A DNA stretch of 64,000 nucleotides, from contig CAVSVL010000016.1 in the NCBI GenBank assembly GCA_963731025.1, positions 60,354-124,353 on the forward strand, given 5' to 3'. A model generated the notes under the pieces. That model saw only the letters and a list, made by a program, of their open reading frames with translations, was not told where the DNA came from and searched no databases. The stretch comes from an uncultured delta proteobacterium. GTDB taxonomy: Bacteria; Desulfobacterota; Desulfobacteria; Desulfobacterales; UBA11574. The translations under genes and the position numbers were made by a program. Position 1 is the stretch's first letter; each line of letters begins with the position of its first letter. Below, in pieces: positions 29,499 to 37,907 of this stretch.

Positions 29499-29515
29499 AA
29501 TTCCCATGTCGGTCT

Positions 29516-29839
29516 TTATGGTATGTTTTTTTGCTTTTCCAGTGGGGGATTAACTCCCAGACTAAATATTTCATATTCAGTTTCGCCACTAAGGAACTCT
29601 TTAAACTTTTGTTCAATGGATTTCCGCAAATCGCTATTTTTCCATTTATTCCAATATTCTATCCTTCGCCAATTTGAGACTATCACAACCCGAAATGGAT
29701 CTTCATGGTCCCACATAGTCTCAGAGGTTATATATCCTTCCTGATCCATGGCTGCAAAACGAATCTCCTTAATAATTTTATTAATTTCGTTAACATACCC
29801 TTCTTTGAATTGGCGCTTTATTAAAACCTTAACTGGCAT
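29516..29839 (-). CDS. antibiotic-biosynthesis-monooxygenase (ABM)-like protein
   Basis: 107 aa, MPVKVLIKRQFKEG...VIVSNWRRIEYWNKW. Confidence 0.6.
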   Translation of the reverse strand: MPVKVLIKRQFKEGYVNEINKIIKEIRFAAMDQEGYITSETMWDHEDPFRVVIVSNWRRIEYWNKWKNSDLRKSIEQKFKEFLSGETEYEIFSLGVNPPLEKQKNIP

Positions 29840-30078
29840 GATAATTTCCTTTCTTTATATTGCCGGTATTTAAGTTATTTCCTTACCATCCAATAAGGAA
29901 ATATTTTTAAACCGTTTTTTTATATATCACATAGTAGTATTGAAACCCAGAATTTTTTAGTGAGGTTGTTAAACTATCGGACTCACTTGGTTGTTTGTTT
30001 GGTTCCTATTTACAATCCTATATTCCTCTACTTAGCCCTTATTAGAAACTTATAATTTTAGGAGCGTTGCTAATTCCC

Positions 30079-30106
30079 CCGGAAAAGACTTTTTTTAGAT
30101 GGCTTC
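30079..30106 (+). repeat. 28-bp MITE-end motif (CCGGAAAAGACTTTTTTTAGATGGCTTC)
   Basis: Same motif at 44347-44374 (+); inverted at 30881, 44164 and 16976. Confidence 0.65.
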
Positions 30107-30873
30107 TAATAACAAAACTCTCTAAAGTCGTAGTTCTTTTTGTATTGATACCCGGACGTCGTCTTTCTTTTTTCCTTGAAGAACTCGATGAGTCTTATCA
30201 GAATGTCTCTGTAAACCGCATCCACTTGGTTTGAAGAAGCGTTTTCGAGAAGCGTCTTTACAAGAACCGATTCGTTCTCCACACCGAACTCGAAGAGTTC
30301 ATTAAACGCTTTAGCCCACGCAAGAAAATCCGTTTTTTGCAATTGGGCAACCTGTGAGCGCAAAACCTCCTCCTGAGTTTGTTGTTCGGACTCAGATTCC
30401 CTGTGTGTCTGTTTTAGATGCTTTTCGGCAGACGTGTATTCCGCACGCCCTTTGTTCATACTCCACCAAATTTTTGCCTTTGTTACGTAGTACGATGACG
30501 GTGTCAAATCCATATCTCCTGTTCGGGAAAAGGTATGACCCGTTAGCTTGCCAAGTGTACGGGCAGAAACTTCCCTGACTTTTTTACTCTCATCGTCAAG
30601 GTAGTTTGCGACCTTACTCACGACAGATGTATCGTTGTGATGATACAGCGCGCGCAGGATTTTGACCAGGCGACCCTGTCTGTTCCTCCGGAGATATCTC
30701 TCATCCTCGAGAAGTTCGGCCATCTGAGGGGCAATGTTATATTTTACAAAATACTCACCCTCTGCCAAATCAACAAACGTTGTCCGTAAACAGTCATTAT
30801 CAATGGACAAGAGAGCGGATACCTCTTGAGGATCGGAAAGGTCATACGTGTTGATTAGTGAACGAAGAACCAT
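30106..30873 (-). CDS. hypothetical protein with HEAT-like segment
   Basis: 255 aa, DDESKKVREVSARTLGKLTGH. The CDS is bracketed within 0-7 nt by inverted copies of the 28-bp motif. Confidence 0.55.
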   Translation of the reverse strand: MVLRSLINTYDLSDPQEVSALLSIDNDCLRTTFVDLAEGEYFVKYNIAPQMAELLEDERYLRRNRQGRLVKILRALYHHNDTSVVSKVANYLDDESKKVREVSARTLGKLTGHTFSRTGDMDLTPSSYYVTKAKIWWSMNKGRAEYTSAEKHLKQTHRESESEQQTQEEVLRSQVAQLQKTDFLAWAKAFNELFEFGVENESVLVKTLLENASSNQVDAVYRDILIRLIEFFKEKRKTTSGYQYKKNYDFREFCY

Positions 30874-30880
30874 TTAACTT

Positions 30881-30908
30881 GAAGCCATCTCAAAATAATC
30901 TTTTGGCC
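30881..30908 (-). repeat. 28-bp MITE-end motif, inverted copy
   Basis: GAAGCCATCTCAAAATAATCTTTTGGCC. Confidence 0.65.
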
Positions 30909-31507
30909 TAATCTCGTTTTTGCATTAAACAGACCCAGCACTTTGGGGGATTTTGGCGATTTGAATCGAAATGACTAGAAAAGAGCGAAAGAATTTCAAA
31001 ATAAGGTTCCACGGCAGCAACGATATCATTTGCCGTGCGTTGAGGCGGACCAGGGCCTTGACGCCGCTCATCGGCACTACCTATGAGACTCAACCACAAA
31101 CCATTTTTTTCTAAATTGGAAGCAACGTTTTTTGCAAACTTTTTACGTTCTTTATTAAAATCGAAAGTATGAAAACAGCCTCTATCAAACACAAAACCAA
31201 ACGGTGCGCCTTCAATTCGATCTTTAAAAAAGTCAACAACAAGAAATGTACATTTAACATTGCTTTTTAAAGCTTTCTCTTTTGCCTTTTCTATTGCAAC
31301 CTCAGAAACATCAGTTCCTGTGACTTGAAATTGCTTTTGAGCAAGCCATATGGAATTATCACCGGTACCACAACCAATATCCAACGCCTTACAACTCTCT
31401 ATAGGTATCTTCGTTACAGTTTCAATAAGATTAAAGTCCGGTTTGCCAATATCCCAGGGTATATTCCCTGTTTTGTATCTTTCTTTGAAACGTTTTTTTA
31501 CTGACAT
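30908..31507 (-). CDS. class I SAM-dependent methyltransferase (TPMT-like)
   Basis: KALDIGCGTGDNSIWLA motif I; N-terminal IPWDIGKP. Confidence 0.75.
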   Translation of the reverse strand: MSVKKRFKERYKTGNIPWDIGKPDFNLIETVTKIPIESCKALDIGCGTGDNSIWLAQKQFQVTGTDVSEVAIEKAKEKALKSNVKCTFLVVDFFKDRIEGAPFGFVFDRGCFHTFDFNKERKKFAKNVASNLEKNGLWLSLIGSADERRQGPGPPQRTANDIVAAVEPYFEILSLFSSHFDSNRQNPPKCWVCLMQKRD

Positions 31508-31705
31508 TTCATTTCCTGAAAAATAGTATTAAAAATCTTATGTGCATCACCGTAGCGCTTCGCGAATCCCTTACATCGAAGGCTGACTTGTCCCGTCGTC
31601 TTGTCGGGTCGTAGCTCGCAGATCGAAGCCGGACTTGTCCTGCCGTAGCGCACAGAGCGAAGCAGGAAGCTCACGGAGCGAAGACTGATAATAAAGGATC
31701 AAGAA

Positions 31706-31737
31706 AATAAATTTAAAATGTTAAGTATGTTCGTCCC
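31706..31737 (+). repeat. REP-like element, family 1
   Basis: AATAAATTTAAAATGTTAAGTATGTTCGTCCC. Confidence 0.6.
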
Positions 31738-31745
31738 TAAAGTCC

Positions 31746-32456
31746 TTACTTAGCGGATTTCAGCCGGGAAGCAACGAAATCCCAGTCGGCGAGATGGTTG
31801 AGTACATTTTCAACATAATCTGCCCTGCGATTCTGATAGTCTAGATAGTAGGCATGTTCCCAGACATCCACCGTGAAGATCGGCTTCAGTCCATGGGCTA
31901 TGGGTGTGTCCGCATTGGCGGTCGTAACAATCTTTAGTTCCTCGCCGTCAAGGACCAGCCAGGCCCAACCACTTCCAAACCGGCTATTAGCCGCCTTCAA
32001 AAACTCTTGCTTAAAGGTGTCGATGCTTCCAAAGGATTTTATGATCCGATCAGCCAACTCGCCACTGATTGTGCCGCCATCCGGTTTGAGGCATTTAAAG
32101 AAAAAAGCATGATTCCAGGCCTGGGCAACATTGTTAAAAATTGCCGTGTACTTTTTTTTTCCGGCTGTGAGCACAATAATCTCATCAGCAGTTTTACCTT
32201 CAAAGCCGCCCCCTTTAATGAACCGGTTTGCCTTGTCCACATATCCGGCATAGTGTTTCCCATAGTGAACGCGCATGGTTTTATCAGAAATATACGGCTT
32301 GAGTGCATCCATCTTATACGGAAGCGGTTCCAGAACAATCGATGTTTTCTCGCCGGCTTTTCCGCATCCGATGAGCAGAAGTGCCAAGCCGATCACCCCG
32401 AGTAGACACGCGCCTTTGGGTAAATGATGAACCCCTTTTATCCAATGTTTTTTCAT
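31746..32456 (-). CDS. Fe/Mn superoxide dismutase with lipoprotein-type signal peptide
   Basis: LLLIGCG lipobox, LPY..DAL.PYIS..T...HYGKH, DVWEHAYYLDYQNRR. Confidence 0.85.
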   Translation of the reverse strand: MKKHWIKGVHHLPKGACLLGVIGLALLLIGCGKAGEKTSIVLEPLPYKMDALKPYISDKTMRVHYGKHYAGYVDKANRFIKGGGFEGKTADEIIVLTAGKKKYTAIFNNVAQAWNHAFFFKCLKPDGGTISGELADRIIKSFGSIDTFKQEFLKAANSRFGSGWAWLVLDGEELKIVTTANADTPIAHGLKPIFTVDVWEHAYYLDYQNRRADYVENVLNHLADWDFVASRLKSAK

Positions 32457-32581
32457 GGTGCCCTCCTTAACTGTAACAGCGTCCTAACCTTGCAGCAACT
32501 TAACCGAGGACTTCAAACGGGCTAAACAAATCCATTTTTTTTTAATCCAATTAAATGCTACTTTGCCCCTAATTCCTTCTA

Positions 32582-33481
32582 TCAAAAAGCCAATAATATT
32601 TGAGCCACTTCAGCACTAAACTCCATACTTTCCTGGTCCGGCGATATAATTTCAATTTCAGAAGCAGATGAGACACCGATACCAAGGTCTGAAGCCCTTG
32701 CAATTTGTCTTTGATCGAATATCTTTCGTTTCATAATGGCTGAATTGCTGCCGAGGGTCTTGAGCACAGCAACGCCGACCGCATCGATGGCCACACGGTC
32801 GGTTGATGCTAAAAAGACATTCCCTTTGGCCCGCTTTCCTGTCATGGGTCCACCATCCGTAAACGCATCGATGCCATCCAAAACGATGATATCCGGTGAA
32901 AAGGGTTGATTGATTTCCGCGATCATTTCCTGCTGATAGAAAGATTGGTGCAGTTCGTCCATATAGTGATACCCGTGTCGATTTGTGGGAACCACACCGA
33001 CATGCAATTTAAGCGATAGCGTAAATACACCTCCGAATTGGTGAGTTTTTAAACAACAAGTGGATATGAGGCATTCTGTCTCCAGAATGGGCCGTGCGAT
33101 GCGAAATCCATTTTCCCAATGGCTGTCTTTGGGTTTAAATTCAACCCAATCCTTTTTGTCCAAATCATCAAAGTCAATAATCTGAACACCCTTTTGTTTT
33201 AAAAGAGGAACAATACCCTTTTGGTCCAACACTTCCCGGGTCAGTGGATAACTTCTTTCACCCAGGCTGATGGATTTTGCCCCCATATCCCAGACCTCAT
33301 CCACCAGCGCCATCAAAGTGTCATTGTGAGTCGATCCAGGCGTCGGATCTGCTGTATTAAAATTTGGTTTTATAAGAACATCTTTATTTTTTACAGGATC
33401 GATTCCCAAAGTGGATATAGAAGATTTAACGCCCATCCTCCTGTCTTCTGTTTTTACAAATGCCACTTTACTCATTTCCAT
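32582..33481 (-). CDS. DUF362-domain protein
   Basis: MEMSKVAFVKTEDR...VLIKPNFNTADP...; AAGGA RBS. Confidence 0.65.
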   Translation of the reverse strand: MEMSKVAFVKTEDRRMGVKSSISTLGIDPVKNKDVLIKPNFNTADPTPGSTHNDTLMALVDEVWDMGAKSISLGERSYPLTREVLDQKGIVPLLKQKGVQIIDFDDLDKKDWVEFKPKDSHWENGFRIARPILETECLISTCCLKTHQFGGVFTLSLKLHVGVVPTNRHGYHYMDELHQSFYQQEMIAEINQPFSPDIIVLDGIDAFTDGGPMTGKRAKGNVFLASTDRVAIDAVGVAVLKTLGSNSAIMKRKIFDQRQIARASDLGIGVSSASEIEIISPDQESMEFSAEVAQILLAF

Positions 33482-33540
33482 GCTTTTCCTTTTAAGTGTC
33501 AATCTTTAACTAATGTCCCGTAATTTCAACAGGTGAGGCT

Positions 33541-33665
33541 ATATTGAAAAGACGCCCTAAACAGCATTTTTTGACCCCAAAAAGGCGGTTTTAAGAGCAT
33601 TTCAAGACTATTTTTTAGCCTCTTTATCAATTATTATATGTGATTACCGTGGTCCGACCCCAGCC
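33541..33665. repeat. family-3 dispersed element (copy lacking the 5' module)
   Basis: Aligns to 23212-23343 and ends GATTACCGTGGTCCGACCCCAGCC. Confidence 0.7.
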
Positions 33666-33702
33666 ACCAATTCCCTACTTCAACAGGATCTCTCCGGTCC
33701 CC

Positions 33703-33777
33703 AATAATTAATTATTAAGATTTATCCCGTTAAATGGTGTTGCTTGTATTTAACTGGGATGCGACCCCCATGTCTTT
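33703..33777 (+). repeat. REP family 2, long variant with ~40-nt internal hairpin insert
   Basis: AATAATTAATTATTAAGA-[TTTATCCCGTTAAATGGTGTTGCTTGTATTTAACTGG]-GATGCGACCCCCATGTCTTTT. Twin copy at 36202. Confidence 0.7.
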
Positions 33778-33816
33778 TCAGAGCCCCTCTTGACCTTTAA
33801 GAATACTGCAACGTAT

Positions 33817-34587
33817 TTATTTTGCACCAAATACACGCTTTAGCAAATCAGTCGTTCGCTTGGCGGGATCTTGACGAATAGCAGCTTCTTCCTTGGCCAT
33901 GTAATAAAAGATCCCGTCCATCCCTTTCTCAACGACATAATCAGTCAAGTCAGCTTTCACGTCCGGGACAAAAGGAACGGATCGATATTCTTTCATAACG
34001 TTATCATAAGCCTGAACAGCTCCCACTTCGGAAAGGCTGTTATTAACAACGGGTTCCATTTCTTTTGTAAGAGAGGGAGACATTTTACTTCGAAAATATT
34101 GGGTAGCGGCATCTTCAGGGCCTTTATATATCTTCTTTACATCGTCAAAACTCATTTCAGTGATAGCCTGTGAGAAAAGTTTCTTTGCCTTTGGAGTGGC
34201 TACTTCCGCAGCCCGGTTGAGTTTCAGCTCAAGGTCTTTGAGCAGACTGGACATGCCCACTTTATCCAGCACAGATTTTACGGTGTCTAATTGTTTCGGC
34301 AACGGTATATGAACGGCGGAGTCTGTATTGAATCCGTCCAAACGGCCTAACTGGGCAACCACATTCTCCGAGCCGACACGAAGCGCATCTTTAAGCCCAG
34401 CCCCGATTTCTTCAACGGTGATACCAGATTGTTCGCTGTTTCCTCCATAAGTCTTAAGGAGATTTGTGCCTTTCTCTAACCAATTATTACCGGCTTCTGC
34501 TGCGCCGAATATTAAAGATATCGTAATAAAAAACATGCCTATTATTATAAATCGATGCTTTAAAAGTTTCAGGAAATTTGTGTCCAT
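33817..34587 (-). CDS. DUF4197-domain protein (secreted)
   Basis: GLKDALRVGSENVV...IPLPKQL...NRAAEVA pattern, N-terminal signal/TM. Confidence 0.65.
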   Translation of the reverse strand: MDTNFLKLLKHRFIIIGMFFITISLIFGAAEAGNNWLEKGTNLLKTYGGNSEQSGITVEEIGAGLKDALRVGSENVVAQLGRLDGFNTDSAVHIPLPKQLDTVKSVLDKVGMSSLLKDLELKLNRAAEVATPKAKKLFSQAITEMSFDDVKKIYKGPEDAATQYFRSKMSPSLTKEMEPVVNNSLSEVGAVQAYDNVMKEYRSVPFVPDVKADLTDYVVEKGMDGIFYYMAKEEAAIRQDPAKRTTDLLKRVFGAK

Positions 34588-34711
34588 GATAATCACCCCC
34601 ACAATCATTAAAATTACAGATAGCTTGCCCGCCTATCAACCATTCACAAAAACAAATGATATGCAGATATCAAAATTGAAATCTATCAAATCAAGTACGT
34701 TCCTGTCAAAA

Positions 34712-35248
34712 TTAAACGGGTTTCGAAGGATCGACCCCGAAGGCATAAAACAAAATCATAAGAATGATTGCTTGAATGACCCAGCCAATGATGCAAACAC
34801 CTACAGCACGTAATGTACTCTGATAGTCAAGAGCTTGTCTAACCGCAATAACCATAGCTGTTAACATCCAAATTGAAGCGATAATAAAAACGATACCGGA
34901 TATACCAGGTATAATAGCCAATACTCGAATTAAACCTGGAGAGCTTGAAAAGCCAATGGTTCGCAGTAATTCACCATGATCAGCTTTGGTCTGGGGTTCA
35001 GGAAGAATCTTAGCTCCGATGAAATATGTCATATAGGCCCATACATACCATGCTATAAGAGCTGTGATCGCTCCGAAAATGATTCCCTTAACCCCTATCG
35101 TTCCTATGCTTCCTATCCCAGCTGCTATACTGGAAAGAACTACAACTCCCGTAGCTTGACCCATTGCTCCTTTATCGGCCTCAACCTCTTCGTAGAGGTT
35201 AATGTCAAGCTTGGCAGCACGAACAATTCGATTTATATAATTTTGCAT
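34712..35248 (-). CDS. Yip1-family membrane protein
   Basis: MQNYINRIVRAAKLDINLYEEVEADK, followed by 5 TM helices. Confidence 0.65.
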   Translation of the reverse strand: MQNYINRIVRAAKLDINLYEEVEADKGAMGQATGVVVLSSIAAGIGSIGTIGVKGIIFGAITALIAWYVWAYMTYFIGAKILPEPQTKADHGELLRTIGFSSSPGLIRVLAIIPGISGIVFIIASIWMLTAMVIAVRQALDYQSTLRAVGVCIIGWVIQAIILMILFYAFGVDPSKPV

Positions 35249-35424
35249 TTAAACCCCCTAATTACAGATATCGTATAATGATGTAGTCATGTCAATCTCT
35301 TCATGTTGGGAATGCGGGACATCCTATATTCCCTTATCCATAATATAGAAGAGAGGGTTTCAAACCTTGTATAGTGAATAGTTGCATCTTATTCAAAATT
35401 TGATCCCATTTTTCTTCATTAAAG

Positions 35425-35949
35425 TTATTGTTCTTTAGGGGCCTCTTTTGCTTCTTCGGGTACCCCGGTCTTCTCGGTTTCTCCGACCTGTTCAGTTTTC
35501 TCGGCTGCCTCTATCTTGAACTCAGCCCTGCCCAAAATGTCTCCGCTTTCAGAAACGATCTTTACATATCCATAACCTAATCCCAAATGAAGATTTTTAG
35601 AACTCCATGTGCGCCAGGATTTTGATTTTACGGGCAGCTTAACTCTTGCGACTTCTTTATCCCCAAAATACCAAACATGATAAACAGAAGTCGAACCTTT
35701 AGCCCCGCCAATTTTGGTAAAACAGAATAGTTTGTCCAAAGTTTCAGGGAATACACTTCCAACACCAGAAGGCTGTCGATCCTTAACGGTGGTATAAAAT
35801 TGGATGTGTTCCAAAACCAATTCAGGCTGTTCTTGTGTCATAGCTGAAGTTGTATTTTTCAATTGCTCTTTGGCAGCGTCTTCTTGAGCGAAACAAACAC
35901 CTGAAAGTATCAGGGCACTAATCAATACAAATAATGTTTTTTTTAACAT
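35425..35949 (-). CDS. DUF2914-domain protein (secreted)
   Basis: Signal peptide; LFCFTKI...VYHVWYFGDKEVARVKLPVKSKSWRTWSSK. Confidence 0.65.
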   Translation of the reverse strand: MLKKTLFVLISALILSGVCFAQEDAAKEQLKNTTSAMTQEQPELVLEHIQFYTTVKDRQPSGVGSVFPETLDKLFCFTKIGGAKGSTSVYHVWYFGDKEVARVKLPVKSKSWRTWSSKNLHLGLGYGYVKIVSESGDILGRAEFKIEAAEKTEQVGETEKTGVPEEAKEAPKEQ

Positions 35950-36201
35950 ATTACCCTCCTTTTACATTTTTTATCAAAACAGGTTGTTTCGCTTTGTTGG
36001 TTTGTTCAAATGACAGATCCTGTAGCATCAATCGCATATTTTCATCTCTATCAATATTTTCTTATCACTTAATCCTTCTGGCTGAATAATCCCTACCCCC
36101 TGCCCCTTACTCGTTGCTCTTTCATCTTTTCTTCGATTTCTATCCCCTGGCAGCCTCTTTTAATCAAGGATCAAGGTATGTCCCAAGACCTACTTCTCTT
36201 C

Positions 36202-36277
36202 AATAATTAATAATTAAGATTTATCCCGTTAAACGTTGTTGCTTGTATTTAACTGGGATGCGACCCTCATGTCTTTC
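36202..36277 (+). repeat. REP family 2, long variant
   Basis: About 93% identical to 33703-33777. Confidence 0.7.
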
Positions 36278-36294
36278 CATTGTAAAATCATCTC

Positions 36295-36681
36295 CTATTT
36301 TCTATCAGGGTAAATTAATTCTAATTCCCAAGAACGTAAAAGAGGTGGTTGAACATCCATAACAAAATAAAATGTATTGGTATAGACATTATATTTATGT
36401 CTACCTATCCCATCCTTTCTCATATCGTAATAATATATTAGACTTAGCCAAGGATCTGGTGTTTTCGTTCCCAAAGTTACTATTGAAGTCCTATCAGGCG
36501 AACCAAATATAGCCTCAATTTCTTTTTGGGTTATTCCAGGTCTTAAATCAAATGCATTTTTAGAGGTAAACTCAGGGTGTCGAGGAGAGGGAGTACTCCG
36601 GTGATTGCGAGGAGAATTTGTAACACAGCTCATAAGTATTGATAAAACCAAGGAAAAGCAAATAAGATGATTTGGTTTCAT
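36295..36681 (-). CDS. hypothetical lipoprotein
   Basis: 128 aa with signal peptide and lipobox-like LSILMSC. Confidence 0.5.
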   Translation of the reverse strand: MKPNHLICFSLVLSILMSCVTNSPRNHRSTPSPRHPEFTSKNAFDLRPGITQKEIEAIFGSPDRTSIVTLGTKTPDPWLSLIYYYDMRKDGIGRHKYNVYTNTFYFVMDVQPPLLRSWELELIYPDRK

Positions 36682-37067
36682 AATAATTTTATTAAATTAC
36701 AACAAAATGAAATGCAATGAAAACCCCTGTTAGTATTGCCTAAATTGAGCGATTTTCAAGTTTGCCGCAGATACAAGGAAGATGTCGTTTCGCTATAGTC
36801 GCCTATGCGGAACGGCACCTGACGCAGTAGATGCGGTGAAATTGGAAATCCCTTAGGGTTTCAAATTATTGAAATTAAGAATGGCAGAATACCTTAAAAA
36901 TTATTATTAAATTAACCATTTCAAAAATTTGAAACGCTCAGTTTAGGTATTATTTATAGAGGCTATTCTTTTTAGCAATTGGATTATGAGCTTTTAGTGT
37001 TACCGTGCCGGAACTCCCAAGGCAATATAGGGGATTGGGTTCATTCCATAGGCAGGTTTTCACCGAC

Positions 37068-37424
37068 CTACCTCTCTTTATTTAGGTCGAAGATAATCAT
37101 TTTCGCGCTCTTATCGAACTCGGGTGCAAAATTTCTGGTTTCATAATATTTTATATCAAAGTGATTGAGAAATGCCTCCGCCTTCATGGCACAAGACCCA
37201 TCCTTCTTTTTAATAATTTTAACGGCTCCGGAATCGAGTTCGTCATGCGTAAGCTCAATTCCCACCTTTTCCTCATCTGGATCAAAATGAAATATGACAT
37301 GCTTAAATTTAAATACATTATACATCTTAGAAGCAGCGCGGTTGATCTTGATTTCCCCAGTTTCACAGATGCTGATTTCAGTACCTTCTTTTTTTGGGGG
37401 TCTTTCAAACTTTACAAATGCCAT
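37068..37424 (-). CDS. hypothetical protein
   Basis: 118-aa ORF with GGGAGA RBS; no family recognised. Confidence 0.5.
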   Translation of the reverse strand: MAFVKFERPPKKEGTEISICETGEIKINRAASKMYNVFKFKHVIFHFDPDEEKVGIELTHDELDSGAVKIIKKKDGSCAMKAEAFLNHFDIKYYETRNFAPEFDKSAKMIIFDLNKER

Positions 37425-37676
37425 CGGTTGTCTCCCTTTGTATAAATTTTAATACTTTCACATTATATGTAGCATGCCAAGAAAAGAGCAACCCAATAAA
37501 ATCATATTTAAAAATTCTGTTTAAAGCGTATAAATATCGAGTTTGTTGACGGTAAAATAAGTTACTGCAAATTGAGTGCAAATTGTGCCATTTTAACGAG
37601 ATTTAACGACAAAATGCTGACAGAGGTTAAAATGGGATTCAGGTTTATCTTTATGAAATTATTGAAAATGAAGTGA

Positions 37677-37732
37677 TGGGCAGTGAGGGAATCGAACCTT
37701 CAACCTACTGAATAAGAGTCAGATGCTCTGCC
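37677..37732 (-). tRNA. tRNA-Lys(CUU) 3' fragment (D-arm 3' half to discriminator); not an intact gene
   Basis: Minus strand: GGCAGAGCA-TCTGA-CTCTTAT-TCAGT-AGGTT-GAAGG-TTCGATT-CCCTC-ACTGCCC-A. The 5' acceptor and D-stem are missing, with mismatches in the anticodon and T stems. Confidence 0.65.
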
Positions 37733-37759
37733 TTTTGTTATTCAAATATACCAGCCACA

Positions 37760-37870
37760 TCACTCAACAATCTCAAGCACGAATCTTTTCCGAGTTTTTC
37801 CAGAAGCTGCGTTTAATAAAGCACGGATGGCATGGGCTGTTTTGCCTTGCTTGCCAATGACCTTACCCGA
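37760..37870 (-). pseudogene. 3' fragment of a KH-domain (UPF0109/YlqC-like) RNA-binding protein gene
   Basis: Reads [36 protein letters not shown] (GxxG KH motif). The upstream part is replaced by a REP. Confidence 0.6.
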
Positions 37871-37881
37871 CGGAGGAATGC

Positions 37882-37902
37882 GGGACGTACATTAGTTTAT
37901 AA
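37882..37902 (-). repeat. REP family 1, left flank of RAYT-like gene 1
   Basis: GGGACGTACATTAGTTTATAA, inverted relative to 38953-38973. Confidence 0.75.
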
Positions 37903-37907
37903 CTTCA

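Noticed and set aside
31545-31700. GC-rich degenerate tandem units (CGTAGC.C.CAG.GCGAAGC, about 4 copies), considered as a separate novel repeat.
   Set aside because: It appears to be an expanded version of the linker (CTTGTCGGG..CGAAGC..CTGATAAT) that accompanies the REP and HNH-fragment composite repeats at 29420 and 51830, and the MITE interior at 16990. It is covered in those findings rather than counted as a separate system.
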